Assembly (NCBI GenBank): GCA_049578465.1
Contig: JBAUMB010000055.1
Coordinates: forward strand, 18,085 to 82,084
Reading direction: 5' to 3'
Source of the DNA: Anaerolineales bacterium
Lineage (GTDB): Bacteria; Chloroflexota; Anaerolineae; Anaerolineales; Villigracilaceae
Length of the DNA: 64,000 nucleotides
The position numbers were made by a program, and so were the translations under genes. The notes beneath the pieces were generated by a model, which saw only the letters and a program-made list of their open reading frames with translations, did no database searches and had not been told where the DNA came from. Positions 44,501 through 53,068 of this stretch are shown in pieces. The first letter of the stretch is position 1, and each line of letters begins with the position of its first letter.

Positions 44501-45421
44501 ATGCGATTGCTGATCACCGGTTCAAGTGGACTCCTCGGTCTAAATTTGGCTTTGGATGCAACGCGCACGCATCACGTCATTGGCGTGGATCGCAGTACGC
44601 TTGCGTCCGTTCCATTTGAGTTGATCCACGCCGATCTTCTTGATCCGGACGCCGCGTATAGAATCGTCTCCAAATCCAAGCCGGATGCGGTCATCCATTG
44701 CGCGGCACTGGCGGACGTGGATGTCTGCGAATCGAATCCCGATCTTGCGTATCAGATGAATGCAGATTTGCCGGCGCGGCTGGCTGATGCTTGTGCGCGG
44801 CGTCAAGTTCGCCTCATTCACATTTCGACAGATGCAGTTTTCGATGGGCAAAGGGAGGATGTTTACGTCGAGGGCGATGCTCCAAACCCGAAAGGCGTTT
44901 ATGCTAAAACAAAACTAGAGGGCGAACGCGCCGTTTTGCAAGTTAATCCACTAGCGATTGTGGCGCGTGTTAATTTTTATGGCTGGTCATTGAGCGGCAA
45001 GCGAAGTCTCGCCGAGTTCTTTATCAACAACCTCAGCACCGGCAAGAGCGTCAACGGTTTTACCGACGTGCTTTTTTGTCCGATGCTGGTCAATCATCTG
45101 GGCGATGTTTTGCTTGCGATGTTGGATCGCGGCTTGCGCGGTTTATATCATGTGGTGGGTCCGCAGGCGATGAGCAAATATCAGTTCGGAGTTGAGATCG
45201 CGCGCAAGTTTGGATTGAAGGAAAACCTGATTTCGCCGCAGTCCGTGGATAAGTCCAGCCTGACTGCACGCCGTTCCCACAATTTGTGGCTGTCTACTCA
45301 CAAATTGTCCACCGATTTGGATATGACTCTCCCGTCTTTCTCCACCGGCTTGAACGAGTTTAATACACAATACCAGCAGGGTTATCCACAGAAAATCCGC
45401 AGTTATCAACAGAATTCCTAA
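44501..45421 (+). CDS. RmlD-like (dTDP-4-dehydrorhamnose reductase family) sugar 4-ketoreductase
   Basis: MRLLITGSSGLLG, AVIHCAALADVDVCE, YAKTKLEGE, 306 aa. Confidence 0.75.
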   Translation: MRLLITGSSGLLGLNLALDATRTHHVIGVDRSTLASVPFELIHADLLDPDAAYRIVSKSKPDAVIHCAALADVDVCESNPDLAYQMNADLPARLADACARRQVRLIHISTDAVFDGQREDVYVEGDAPNPKGVYAKTKLEGERAVLQVNPLAIVARVNFYGWSLSGKRSLAEFFINNLSTGKSVNGFTDVLFCPMLVNHLGDVLLAMLDRGLRGLYHVVGPQAMSKYQFGVEIARKFGLKENLISPQSVDKSSLTARRSHNLWLSTHKLSTDLDMTLPSFSTGLNEFNTQYQQGYPQKIRSYQQNS

Positions 45422-45430
45422 AGGTGAGAC

Positions 45431-46498
45431 ATGGAAATCAAACTGCATGACCGAACCATTGGATCGAATCATCCGACCTATTTCATCGCTGACATCGCCG
45501 CAAATCATGACGGCGATTTGGAACGTGCCAAACTATTGATCCGCCTCACGCGCCAAGCCGGAGCGGACGCGGCTAAATTCCAGAATTTTGACGCGCCGAA
45601 AATTGTTTCTGATTACGGCTTCTCGCACATGAACGCGCAAGTGAGTCATCAAGCCTCGTGGAAAAATTCGGTGACGGAGGTTTATCGCGCCGCGTCGATT
45701 CCGTTTGAATGGACGATGATTTTAAAAGAAGAGTGCGAGAAAGTCGGCATCCATTATTTTTCATCGCCGTATGATTTCGAAGCCATTGATTTTCTCGATC
45801 CTTATGTTGAAATCTATAAAGCCGGTTCGGGCGAAATTGATTGGATCGAAGCCTTGGAGCGCATGGCGAGCAAAGGCAAACCGTTCTTTGTCGCAACGGG
45901 CGCGTCAACGATCGGCGAAGTTCAGCGCGCGGTTCATGCCATCTTGAAAATCAACAAGCAATTGGTGTTGATGCAATGCAATACCAATTACACTGCCAGC
46001 CCGAAGAATTATGATCATCTGCATGTCAACGTATTGAAGACATATGCGACGATGTTTCCGGATGTAATTCTGGGATTGTCGGATCACACACACGCGGTCG
46101 CGCCGGTTCTCGCGGCGGTGACGCTGGGTGCGCGCGTCATTGAGCGGCACTTCACCGATAGCAATGACCGCGAAGGTCCCGATCATAAATTTGCGATGAA
46201 CCCCGAGAACTGGGCAAAGATGGTGGAAGAGACTCGTTTATTGGAACGCTCATTGGGCGGCGCTGATAAATTCATCGTGGAGAACGAAAAAGATACTGCC
46301 ATCGTTCAGCGTCGTTGTCTGCGTGCGGCGCGTGAAATTAAAGCAGGTGAAATTTTTACGCGCGATATGATCGACGTGCTCCGTCCTGCCACGCCGGGCG
46401 CGATCAAGCCCTATGAAATTCCGGACGTGATCGGTACGAAGGCATTGCATGATTTTAAATTGGGTCAAGAATTGAGATGGACGGATTTGGGCGCGTAA
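45431..46498 (+). CDS. nonulosonic acid synthase (NeuB/PseI/LegI/SpsE family) with a C-terminal SAF domain
   Basis: PTYFIADIAANHDGDLERAKLLI, AKFQNF, LGLSDHT, ERHFT, C-terminal IKAGEIFTRDMIDVLRP. Confidence 0.85.
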   Translation: MEIKLHDRTIGSNHPTYFIADIAANHDGDLERAKLLIRLTRQAGADAAKFQNFDAPKIVSDYGFSHMNAQVSHQASWKNSVTEVYRAASIPFEWTMILKEECEKVGIHYFSSPYDFEAIDFLDPYVEIYKAGSGEIDWIEALERMASKGKPFFVATGASTIGEVQRAVHAILKINKQLVLMQCNTNYTASPKNYDHLHVNVLKTYATMFPDVILGLSDHTHAVAPVLAAVTLGARVIERHFTDSNDREGPDHKFAMNPENWAKMVEETRLLERSLGGADKFIVENEKDTAIVQRRCLRAAREIKAGEIFTRDMIDVLRPATPGAIKPYEIPDVIGTKALHDFKLGQELRWTDLGA

Positions 46499-46507
46499 AT
46501 TAATAAT

Positions 46508-47653
46508 ATGCGGATCATTTATTTCTCCAAAGATTATTCGCCTCACGATCATCGGTTCTTGTCTGCGTTAGCAGAAACTGAACATGAAGTTTTTTATTTG
46601 AAGTTGGAAAGAAATTTGCGGCAAGTTGAGGATCGCCCCGTACCTTCACAAATCCAGCAGATATTATGGAAAGGCGGACAAACTTCATTTCGATGGCGCG
46701 ATGTGCCGCGTTTGACTTTGGATTTGAAACGCGTCATTAAAGAAATCAAACCTGATTTGATTCACGCCGGTCCGATTCAAACTTGCGCGTTGATTACAGT
46801 GTTATCAGGTTTTCATCCCATTCTGACGATGTCTTGGGGCTTTGACTTGATGCAGGATGCCGAACGTAATTCGTGGATGAAACGGATCACGCGCTATGTA
46901 TTGCATAGGAGTGATTTTTTCACAAGCGATGCACAAATCACGCGTGACAAAGCAGTTGCTTATGGAATGAATCCGGATCGCACTGTGGTTTTTCCGTGGG
47001 GCGTGGATTTAAAACATTTTAGTACTCAGCAATCAGTGGTTAGCAAAAGAACGCAAAGCACAAAAAACAAAACGCAAAACGCAAAACGGAAATCGTTTGT
47101 CTTGTTTTGTAATCGTGCGTGGGAGCCGCGCTATGGCGTGGATGTGCTCGCCAAAGCATTTGTTAAGGTTGCGAGCCAACGCGATGACGTTAGTTTGCTT
47201 TTGCTTGGCGGCGGCTCGCAGACAAATATGATTCGACAAATCCTGATGAATGGCGGCGTGCTTGACCGCGCACAATTCGCTGGGCAAGTTTCACAACGCG
47301 ACTTGCCGCGCTGGTATGATATGGCTGATCTTTATATTTCGCCGTCGCACGTTGACGGTTCCTCTGTTTCATTGATGGAAGCATTGGCTTGCGGATTGCC
47401 GTGTCTCCTTTCAGATATTCCTGCCAACAAGGAATGGATTGATGAAGGAGTCAACGGCTGGCTGTTCCCGGATGGAAATGCGGATATACTTGCTGAAAAA
47501 ATTTTGGCAGTGATCGCTCAAAGAAGAAAGTTGACTCCAATCAGCCGCGCCGCTCGAAAGTCCGCGGAAGAGCGGGCTGATTGGAAAAAGAATTTTGCCA
47601 AGCTGCTCGAAGCTTATGAGCAGACCATCCAATTTTATAGGAGGTCCAAATGA
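46508..47653 (+). CDS. glycosyltransferase family 4
   Basis: MRIIYFSKDYSPHDHRF..., ISPSHVDGSSVSLMEALACGLPCLLSD. Contains a K/T/Q-rich interdomain linker (see findings). Confidence 0.8.
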   Translation: MRIIYFSKDYSPHDHRFLSALAETEHEVFYLKLERNLRQVEDRPVPSQIQQILWKGGQTSFRWRDVPRLTLDLKRVIKEIKPDLIHAGPIQTCALITVLSGFHPILTMSWGFDLMQDAERNSWMKRITRYVLHRSDFFTSDAQITRDKAVAYGMNPDRTVVFPWGVDLKHFSTQQSVVSKRTQSTKNKTQNAKRKSFVLFCNRAWEPRYGVDVLAKAFVKVASQRDDVSLLLLGGGSQTNMIRQILMNGGVLDRAQFAGQVSQRDLPRWYDMADLYISPSHVDGSSVSLMEALACGLPCLLSDIPANKEWIDEGVNGWLFPDGNADILAEKILAVIAQRRKLTPISRAARKSAEERADWKKNFAKLLEAYEQTIQFYRRSK

Positions 47654-47925
47654 TCGTATCTCTTATCCTCACTTTGGTCGCTGTGATTTTTGCGGTGATC
47701 ATTGCGCTGGAAAATACAACGATGGTTCAGGTCACGTTTTTTGGTTATGGCGTTCAAGGCGCAGTTGGAATCTTCCTGCTGATCGCATTGGGTGCGGGCG
47801 TGGTGTTGGGCATCCTGCTGATGATCCCGGCCTTGATCGGGCGCAGTTGGACGGTGATGCAAAGCAAGCGCAAAATCGCCCAATTGGAAAATAAGCCATC
47901 CAGAAAAAAGGCGAGCTCGAATTAA
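47650..47925 (+). CDS. LapA-domain (DUF1049) small membrane protein
   Basis: 91 aa, two TMs separated by a short loop, basic tail ending in a short helix ([10 protein letters not shown]). ATGA overlap with the GT4 gene. Confidence 0.65.
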   Translation: MIVSLILTLVAVIFAVIIALENTTMVQVTFFGYGVQGAVGIFLLIALGAGVVLGILLMIPALIGRSWTVMQSKRKIAQLENKPSRKKASSN

Positions 47926-47948
47926 TTTTTTGTTTTGAAGAAGGGATA

Positions 47949-48707
47949 ATGATGCCTGATAAAAAAGAATTTCAAGGAGCGTGGACCGTCGTAACCGGAG
48001 GCTCACGCGGAATTGGCCGCGCCATTGCGTTGGACTTTGCATCGAAAGGCGCGAATGTGGCGATTGTGTATCTCGACCATCTTGCGCAAGGCCAGCAGGT
48101 TTTGAATGAACTCAAAGCGCTCGGAGTCGAAGCCGAAGAACATGCTACCGACGTAAAAGATTTTTCCGCGATCCAGCAATTGTTTGCCGACATCATCAAG
48201 CGGCATGGACGCATTGATGCGCTGGTCAATTGCGCGGGCATCAACCGCGACCGAACATTTCCTAAGCTCACGTCTGAGCAATGGCAGGAAGTGATTGACA
48301 CCAATTTAACGGGCGCGTTCAATTGCAGTAAAGCCGTGTGGGATCAGATGAAGACACAGAATTACGGACGCATCGTCAGCATCAGTTCGGTGGTAGGACA
48401 GGCTGGCAATTTTGGACAAGCGAATTATTCGGCGTCCAAAGCGGGACTGCTTGGCTTTACAAAATCGCTGGCATTGGAAGGTGCGCGCAACAACATCACC
48501 GCCAACGCGATCTGTCCCGGCTTTATTGATACCGATATGGTGCGCGCTATTCCCGCTGATGCGTTGGAAAAAGTCGTGCAGAAAATTCCGATCCAAAGAC
48601 TCGGTCAGCCCGACGAGATTGCGCGTGCAGTGACGTTCCTCGCTTCGCCCGCGTCCGGATACATTACCGGTCAAGTGATCGCGGTCAACGGCGGATTGTA
48701 CATGTGA
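47949..48707 (+). CDS. fabG: SDR, 3-oxoacyl-(acyl-carrier-protein) reductase FabG-like
   Basis: [19 protein letters not shown]...YSASK catalytic triad region, [20 protein letters not shown]. Confidence 0.85.
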   Translation: MMPDKKEFQGAWTVVTGGSRGIGRAIALDFASKGANVAIVYLDHLAQGQQVLNELKALGVEAEEHATDVKDFSAIQQLFADIIKRHGRIDALVNCAGINRDRTFPKLTSEQWQEVIDTNLTGAFNCSKAVWDQMKTQNYGRIVSISSVVGQAGNFGQANYSASKAGLLGFTKSLALEGARNNITANAICPGFIDTDMVRAIPADALEKVVQKIPIQRLGQPDEIARAVTFLASPASGYITGQVIAVNGGLYM

Positions 48708-48714
48708 GAACGCA

Positions 48715-49470
48715 ATGTTAACTCTTGAATCATTAACTTCTGCATTTCGCGATCTCGGCGTTCAAACCGGAGATACGTTGCTTGTCCACAGTTCTTACAA
48801 ATCGCTCGGCGAGGTAAATGGCGGGCCGCAAACCGTTATCGACGCGTTGCTCGCCACTCTCGGCGCGGACGGAACGCTCATCATGCCATCCTTTAATTTC
48901 GATTTCAATAAAGGCAAGCCATGGGATGTGCGCTCCACGCCGTCGCAGATGGGAATCTTAACGGAGTTTGCCCGCAAGGATCCGCGCGCGAAGCGGGTCT
49001 TTCATCCGATTTATTCATTTGCCATCATCGGCAAACATGCTGAGATGTTGGGAAGTCTACGTTATAAGAGCGCGTATGAACGCAATTCGGTCTTCGGCAA
49101 ACTGCGTGACCTTGATGGCAAGATCACGGTGATTGGATTATCGTATAACAACAGCATGACCTTCTTCCATCACATCGAACAGATGGAGGGTGTGGACTAT
49201 CGCTTTTTGAAACAATTCACCGGAGAAGTCACGGATTGGGATGGCACGACGAAAGTGGATACGTTTGAGATGTTCGTGCGCGATATTGATAAAGGCGTCA
49301 AGACGATGGTTGACCCGATGGGCGAGTTGATGGAAAAGGCTGGCGTGATCAAGTCCAAGAAGATTGGCGATGCGGACGTGAAGTTGATGAAGGCGAATGA
49401 AGTCTATGCCTTCACCGCACGCGAGATGCGACGCGATCCGCATTTGTTGTATTACATCAAGAAGGATTGA
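48715..49470 (+). CDS. aminoglycoside 3-N-acetyltransferase (AAC(3)/Antibiotic_NAT) family acyltransferase
   Basis: LLVHSSYKSLGEVNGGPQTVIDALLATLGADGTLIMPSFNF, FHHIE. Layout typical of the family. Confidence 0.75.
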   Translation: MLTLESLTSAFRDLGVQTGDTLLVHSSYKSLGEVNGGPQTVIDALLATLGADGTLIMPSFNFDFNKGKPWDVRSTPSQMGILTEFARKDPRAKRVFHPIYSFAIIGKHAEMLGSLRYKSAYERNSVFGKLRDLDGKITVIGLSYNNSMTFFHHIEQMEGVDYRFLKQFTGEVTDWDGTTKVDTFEMFVRDIDKGVKTMVDPMGELMEKAGVIKSKKIGDADVKLMKANEVYAFTAREMRRDPHLLYYIKKD

Positions 49471-49476
49471 AATTAT

Positions 49477-49521
49477 TCGTTGGTCGAGTAGCCGCGAAGC
49501 GGCGTATCGAGACCAAGACGA
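49477..49521. repeat. REP-like imperfect hairpin TCGTTGGTCGAGTAGCCGC-GAA-GCGGCGTATCGAGACCAAGACGA
   Basis: GCCGC/GCGGC apical stem with a GAA loop, then TCGA/TCGA, TTGG/CCAA and TCG/CGA helices separated by bulges. Confidence 0.5.
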
Positions 49522-49568
49522 CGTGGCAATCTCAACTATCATTAAAGAAATTGATTAAATTAAAACAT

Positions 49569-49600
49569 GAGATCGCTTCTCGAAGACTCGCAATGACATT
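49569..49600 (-). repeat. short palindromic repeat, copy 1 (reverse complement AATGTCATTGCGAGTCTTCGAGAAGCGATCTC)
   Basis: The 14-nt 5' arm is identical to the copy at 56162, and the 10-nt 3' arm differs at 1 position. Lies directly upstream of the 49606 start. A GCAATCTC fragment also occurs at 49526-49533. Confidence 0.55.
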
Positions 49601-49605
49601 AAATT

Positions 49606-50931
49606 ATGAAATCCTATTCCTCTCTCAAATCTATTCTCGCTGAATTCTTTCCATTGCATCGAACGCTTGCATCCGATGATCAAGATAAAACACTGGAGAT
49701 CGTCGGCTTATACATGCCCGACTCGTCAAACTATACGATTGAAACATATGCACCGCGCACGCCGGTCTGGACGTGGAAAGTGCCCGAGCGATATGTTGTC
49801 CACGAAGCATATTTGGAGATCGAAAACGGCGAGCGAATTGTAGATTTCAAAGACAATCCGCTTCACATCGTTTCGTATTCATTGCCAATTGATCGAGTGA
49901 TGAGTTGGGATGAATTGCAACCACATCTGTATTTCAACGAGAAGCGTCCGAACGCGGTGCCATGGATTTTCAAATATTACGAACGCGATTGGGGCTTTTG
50001 TTTATCAAAGAGCGCATTCGATCAACTTTCGCGTGACAAAAAATATCATGCCGTCATTCGTTCTGAATTCATCACCGATCCTAAGCAAGGATTTAAAGTT
50101 GCTAGTGCTGTCATCCACCCTCAAGGCGGAGCGAATCCAAGCGCGGGCGAAATCATTATTCAGGCGCACACCTGTCATCCGATGCAAGCTAACGATGACG
50201 GCGCGGGCGTGGTCAGCGCAATAGAGTTGGCGCGGCGACTCGCCGAGAAGCCGTTACCGGCGGGGTCAATGAGCGTCCGCTTCTGGTTTGGGCCTGAAAC
50301 GATTGGCACGATTGCTTATCTCGCTCACAATGAGTCGCTCATCCCAAATCTGCGCGGCGGCATCTTCATGGAAATGACCGGCAATCAAAATAAAATCGCG
50401 TGGCATCACACGCGTCAGCATAACCATCTGTTGGATCGAATCACGAATTATGTTTTGCGTGATGTGGATCATGATGAGCGCGACTTCGCCGCCGCGCCTG
50501 CCAATGATGAACGCGTCATCAACGGGCCCGGAGTCAATGTGCCGTGCATCTCGCTCAATCGCTGGCCCTACGAGGAATATCACACTACTGACGACAACCT
50601 CGACATCATGCACGAAGATATGCTGGTCGGCGCGGCGGATGTTGCAGAAAAAATTATCCACATTTACGCCAGCAATTACATTCCCAAGCGCACGTTCCGC
50701 GGTCCCGTTTTTCTTTCAGGTCACGGACTTTGGGTGGATTGGCGTGACAATTGGGAACTGAATCGCGCCATCGAAAAGATCATGATGCGCTTTGAAGGTC
50801 AACATTCGGTCTTCGATATTGCCGAGCAGGTCGGGCTCGATTACGAAGTGGTGCGCGACTACGTCGAAAAATTCCGCGCCAAAGGTTTTGTTGTGCCTCT
50901 GCCGATTCCATCGCTGGCGGAAATTTCATAA
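49606..50931 (+). CDS. M28 aminopeptidase-like protein (DUF2172/DUF4910 type) with a C-terminal winged-helix-like tail
   Basis: HTCHPMQANDDGAGVVSAIELARRL and FWFGPETIGTIAYL resemble M28 metal-ligand motifs. 441 aa. C-terminal DIAEQVGLDYEVVRDYVEKFRAKGFV. Confidence 0.6.
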   Translation: MKSYSSLKSILAEFFPLHRTLASDDQDKTLEIVGLYMPDSSNYTIETYAPRTPVWTWKVPERYVVHEAYLEIENGERIVDFKDNPLHIVSYSLPIDRVMSWDELQPHLYFNEKRPNAVPWIFKYYERDWGFCLSKSAFDQLSRDKKYHAVIRSEFITDPKQGFKVASAVIHPQGGANPSAGEIIIQAHTCHPMQANDDGAGVVSAIELARRLAEKPLPAGSMSVRFWFGPETIGTIAYLAHNESLIPNLRGGIFMEMTGNQNKIAWHHTRQHNHLLDRITNYVLRDVDHDERDFAAAPANDERVINGPGVNVPCISLNRWPYEEYHTTDDNLDIMHEDMLVGAADVAEKIIHIYASNYIPKRTFRGPVFLSGHGLWVDWRDNWELNRAIEKIMMRFEGQHSVFDIAEQVGLDYEVVRDYVEKFRAKGFVVPLPIPSLAEIS

Positions 50932-50951
50932 ATAAAATCAAAGGAGAAACT

Positions 50952-51275
50952 ATGACCATTTTTATTTTGATCCTTGCATTGATCCTTGCTATTGTAGCCG
51001 TCGCGTTTGCGCTTCAAAATCCGTTGATCGTGACGGCAACTTTCTTCACCCTCAGCATGAAAGGCTCGCTGGCTTTATTTGTGCTGATTGGTGTTGGTGT
51101 GGGTATTGTCATCGGCGTTCTTGCCATGTTACCTTCCGTCTTAAAAGGTGCGCTCACAGTGTCGCGTCATCGCAAACAGATCAACACGTTGGAAAAATCT
51201 TTAAACGAACAAAAGAAAACAAAACCTGATGAGGCGAGCGATAAAATAAAATCTGATGAGACGCCTAAGTCGTAA
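50952..51275 (+). CDS. LapA-domain (DUF1049) small membrane protein (second copy)
   Basis: 107 aa, same two-TM plus basic helix layout (RHRKQINTLEKSL) as 47650..47925, good RBS AAAGGAG. Confidence 0.65.
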   Translation: MTIFILILALILAIVAVAFALQNPLIVTATFFTLSMKGSLALFVLIGVGVGIVIGVLAMLPSVLKGALTVSRHRKQINTLEKSLNEQKKTKPDEASDKIKSDETPKS

Positions 51276-51278
51276 AAG

Positions 51279-52094
51279 ATGAGCACTCGAGTCGTTGCCG
51301 TCATTCAAGGGCGGATGAGTTCGTCGCGTTTGCCCGGAAAGATTCTGGCCGATATCGCCGGAGGACCGATGTTGCAGCGCGTCTTCATCCGGACCTCGCG
51401 GGCAGCTACCGTTAACGAGACCATCTTTGCCACGACAACCGATTCGACAGACGATCCCGTGGCGGAATATTGCGACTTCAGCGGAATCCCTTTTACGCGC
51501 GGCAGTTTGTATGATGTGCTGGATCGTTACTATCAAACGGCAAAGGAATCAAAAGCCGATATCGTTGTCCGCATCACAGCCGATTGTCCGGTGATTGATC
51601 CGGTGTTGATTGATGATGTTGTTAACACGTTGCTTGATGACAAATTTGATTTTGTCTGCAACCGCTTACCTCCGCCGTGGCATCGCACCTATCCAATCGG
51701 TTTGGATGTCGAAGCTTGTACATTCAAAGTTTTGGCGAAAGCATGGAAAGAAGCCAAAGAACCTCAACACCGTGAACATGCCATGCCGTATTTTTATGAA
51801 GGCGTGGAACTGACTCGTCAAAGCCGAACACTAGAAGCTGGCATTTCTCCGCGCGGATTCAAAGTCGCCTTATTGCATCACACTGCTGATTTTGGCGATT
51901 ATCGCTGGACGGTGGACACGCCCGAAGATTTGGAATTCATGCGGCAGGTTTACAGTCGCTTCGATGGACGCGATGATTTTTCGTGGAAGGAAGTTTTGGA
52001 TTTGGTTCACAACGAACCTAAGTTGATGGAAATCAATGCAGGCGTGAAACATAAAACCTTGAAGGATATTGATAAGAGGGCGTTGAAACGTTAG
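51279..52094 (+). CDS. SpsF-type cytidylyltransferase (acylneuraminate cytidylyltransferase family)
   Basis: VVAVIQGRMSSSRLPGKIL, VVRITADCPVIDP, REHAMPYFYE, YRWTVDTPEDLEFM. Collinear with B. subtilis SpsF as remembered. Confidence 0.8.
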   Translation: MSTRVVAVIQGRMSSSRLPGKILADIAGGPMLQRVFIRTSRAATVNETIFATTTDSTDDPVAEYCDFSGIPFTRGSLYDVLDRYYQTAKESKADIVVRITADCPVIDPVLIDDVVNTLLDDKFDFVCNRLPPPWHRTYPIGLDVEACTFKVLAKAWKEAKEPQHREHAMPYFYEGVELTRQSRTLEAGISPRGFKVALLHHTADFGDYRWTVDTPEDLEFMRQVYSRFDGRDDFSWKEVLDLVHNEPKLMEINAGVKHKTLKDIDKRALKR

Positions 52095-52105
52095 AAAGTT
52101 GTAAG

Positions 52106-52145
52106 GTTTGCAGGTTCGAACGTTCCAACATTTAAACTTGTAAAC
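52106..52145 (+). repeat. intercistronic RNA hairpin (11-bp stem including two G-U pairs)
   Basis: GTTTGCAGGTT (52106-52116) pairs with AACTTGTAAAC (52135-52145). The loop contains the GTTCGAAC/AACGTT palindromes. Sits between the spsF-like stop and the next start. Confidence 0.4.
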
Positions 52146-52146
52146 A

Positions 52147-53064
52147 TTGAACATGTCATTAATAACCTTATTCTCTGCTCCCAAACCGTTCACCGATCCG
52201 CACATTGCGCTGATCCAGTGCAACGCGCTGCACTCATGGACTCTGCTTCTCGATGTGGAAGTCATCCTGCTTGGGAATGAAGAAGGATTATCGCAAGCGG
52301 CAAAACAATTTGGCGCGAAGCATATTCCGAATGTGAAATGCAATGACAATGGCACGCCATTGATTTCATCCATGTTTGAGTTGGCGCGGCAAAATAGTCA
52401 AAGCGAATTGTTATGCATTATCAACGCAGATATTATTCTGATGCCAGATTTTGTCGAAGCCGCGAAACAAGTTGCAAAACTAAAAGAACAATTTGTTTTG
52501 TTGAGTCGGCGTTGGGACTTGGATATCATTCAACCGATCGAATTCACCGAAGGCTGGCAGAGTCGGCTGGAAGCAACTGTCAGAACGCAGGGACAGCTTC
52601 ATCGTCCCGCGGGAAGCGATTTTTTTCTTTTTCCAAAAACCTGCTATCAAGATATTCCAAACTTCACCATCGGTCGCGCGGGCTGGGACAATTGGATGAT
52701 TTACAAAGCGCGCCAGCAAAAATGGTCGGTGATCGATTGCACGCCGTCGGTGAGGATCGTGCATCAGAGCCATGATTACTCTCACCTGCCTGATGCGAAG
52801 CCACATTACGAGCATCCGGACACGGACGAGAACATTCGTCTCGCGGGCGGACAAGCCAACATTCGTTACACAGTCTTGGATTCAACGCATCAATTGGTCA
52901 GTGGTAAACTTGCGCGCCCGAAGATGTCATATCTGCGCTTCATGCGCGGCGTGGAACTATTTCTGCGCGCAGTATTTTTCTTCCTGCCTGATGATATGAT
53001 TGAAAATGTCGCCCGCCCAAAGCGATGGAAGAAGCGGATACAAAAAATCTTTAGTCGGAAATAG
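52147..53064 (+). CDS. hypothetical GT-A-like protein
   Basis: LITLFSAPKPF..., CIINADIILMPDF (DxD-like position), GRAGWDNWM. Family not recognised with confidence. ATG at 52153 is an alternative start. Confidence 0.45.
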   Translation: MNMSLITLFSAPKPFTDPHIALIQCNALHSWTLLLDVEVILLGNEEGLSQAAKQFGAKHIPNVKCNDNGTPLISSMFELARQNSQSELLCIINADIILMPDFVEAAKQVAKLKEQFVLLSRRWDLDIIQPIEFTEGWQSRLEATVRTQGQLHRPAGSDFFLFPKTCYQDIPNFTIGRAGWDNWMIYKARQQKWSVIDCTPSVRIVHQSHDYSHLPDAKPHYEHPDTDENIRLAGGQANIRYTVLDSTHQLVSGKLARPKMSYLRFMRGVELFLRAVFFFLPDDMIENVARPKRWKKRIQKIFSRK

Positions 53065-53068
53065 ATTC

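Noticed and set aside
47650-51275. Reading the two LapA-domain proteins as evidence for LPS and a diderm envelope
   Set aside because: The DUF1049/LapA domain is widespread and small. No lipid A, Lpt or Bam genes are in the window, so nothing about envelope type follows from these genes.
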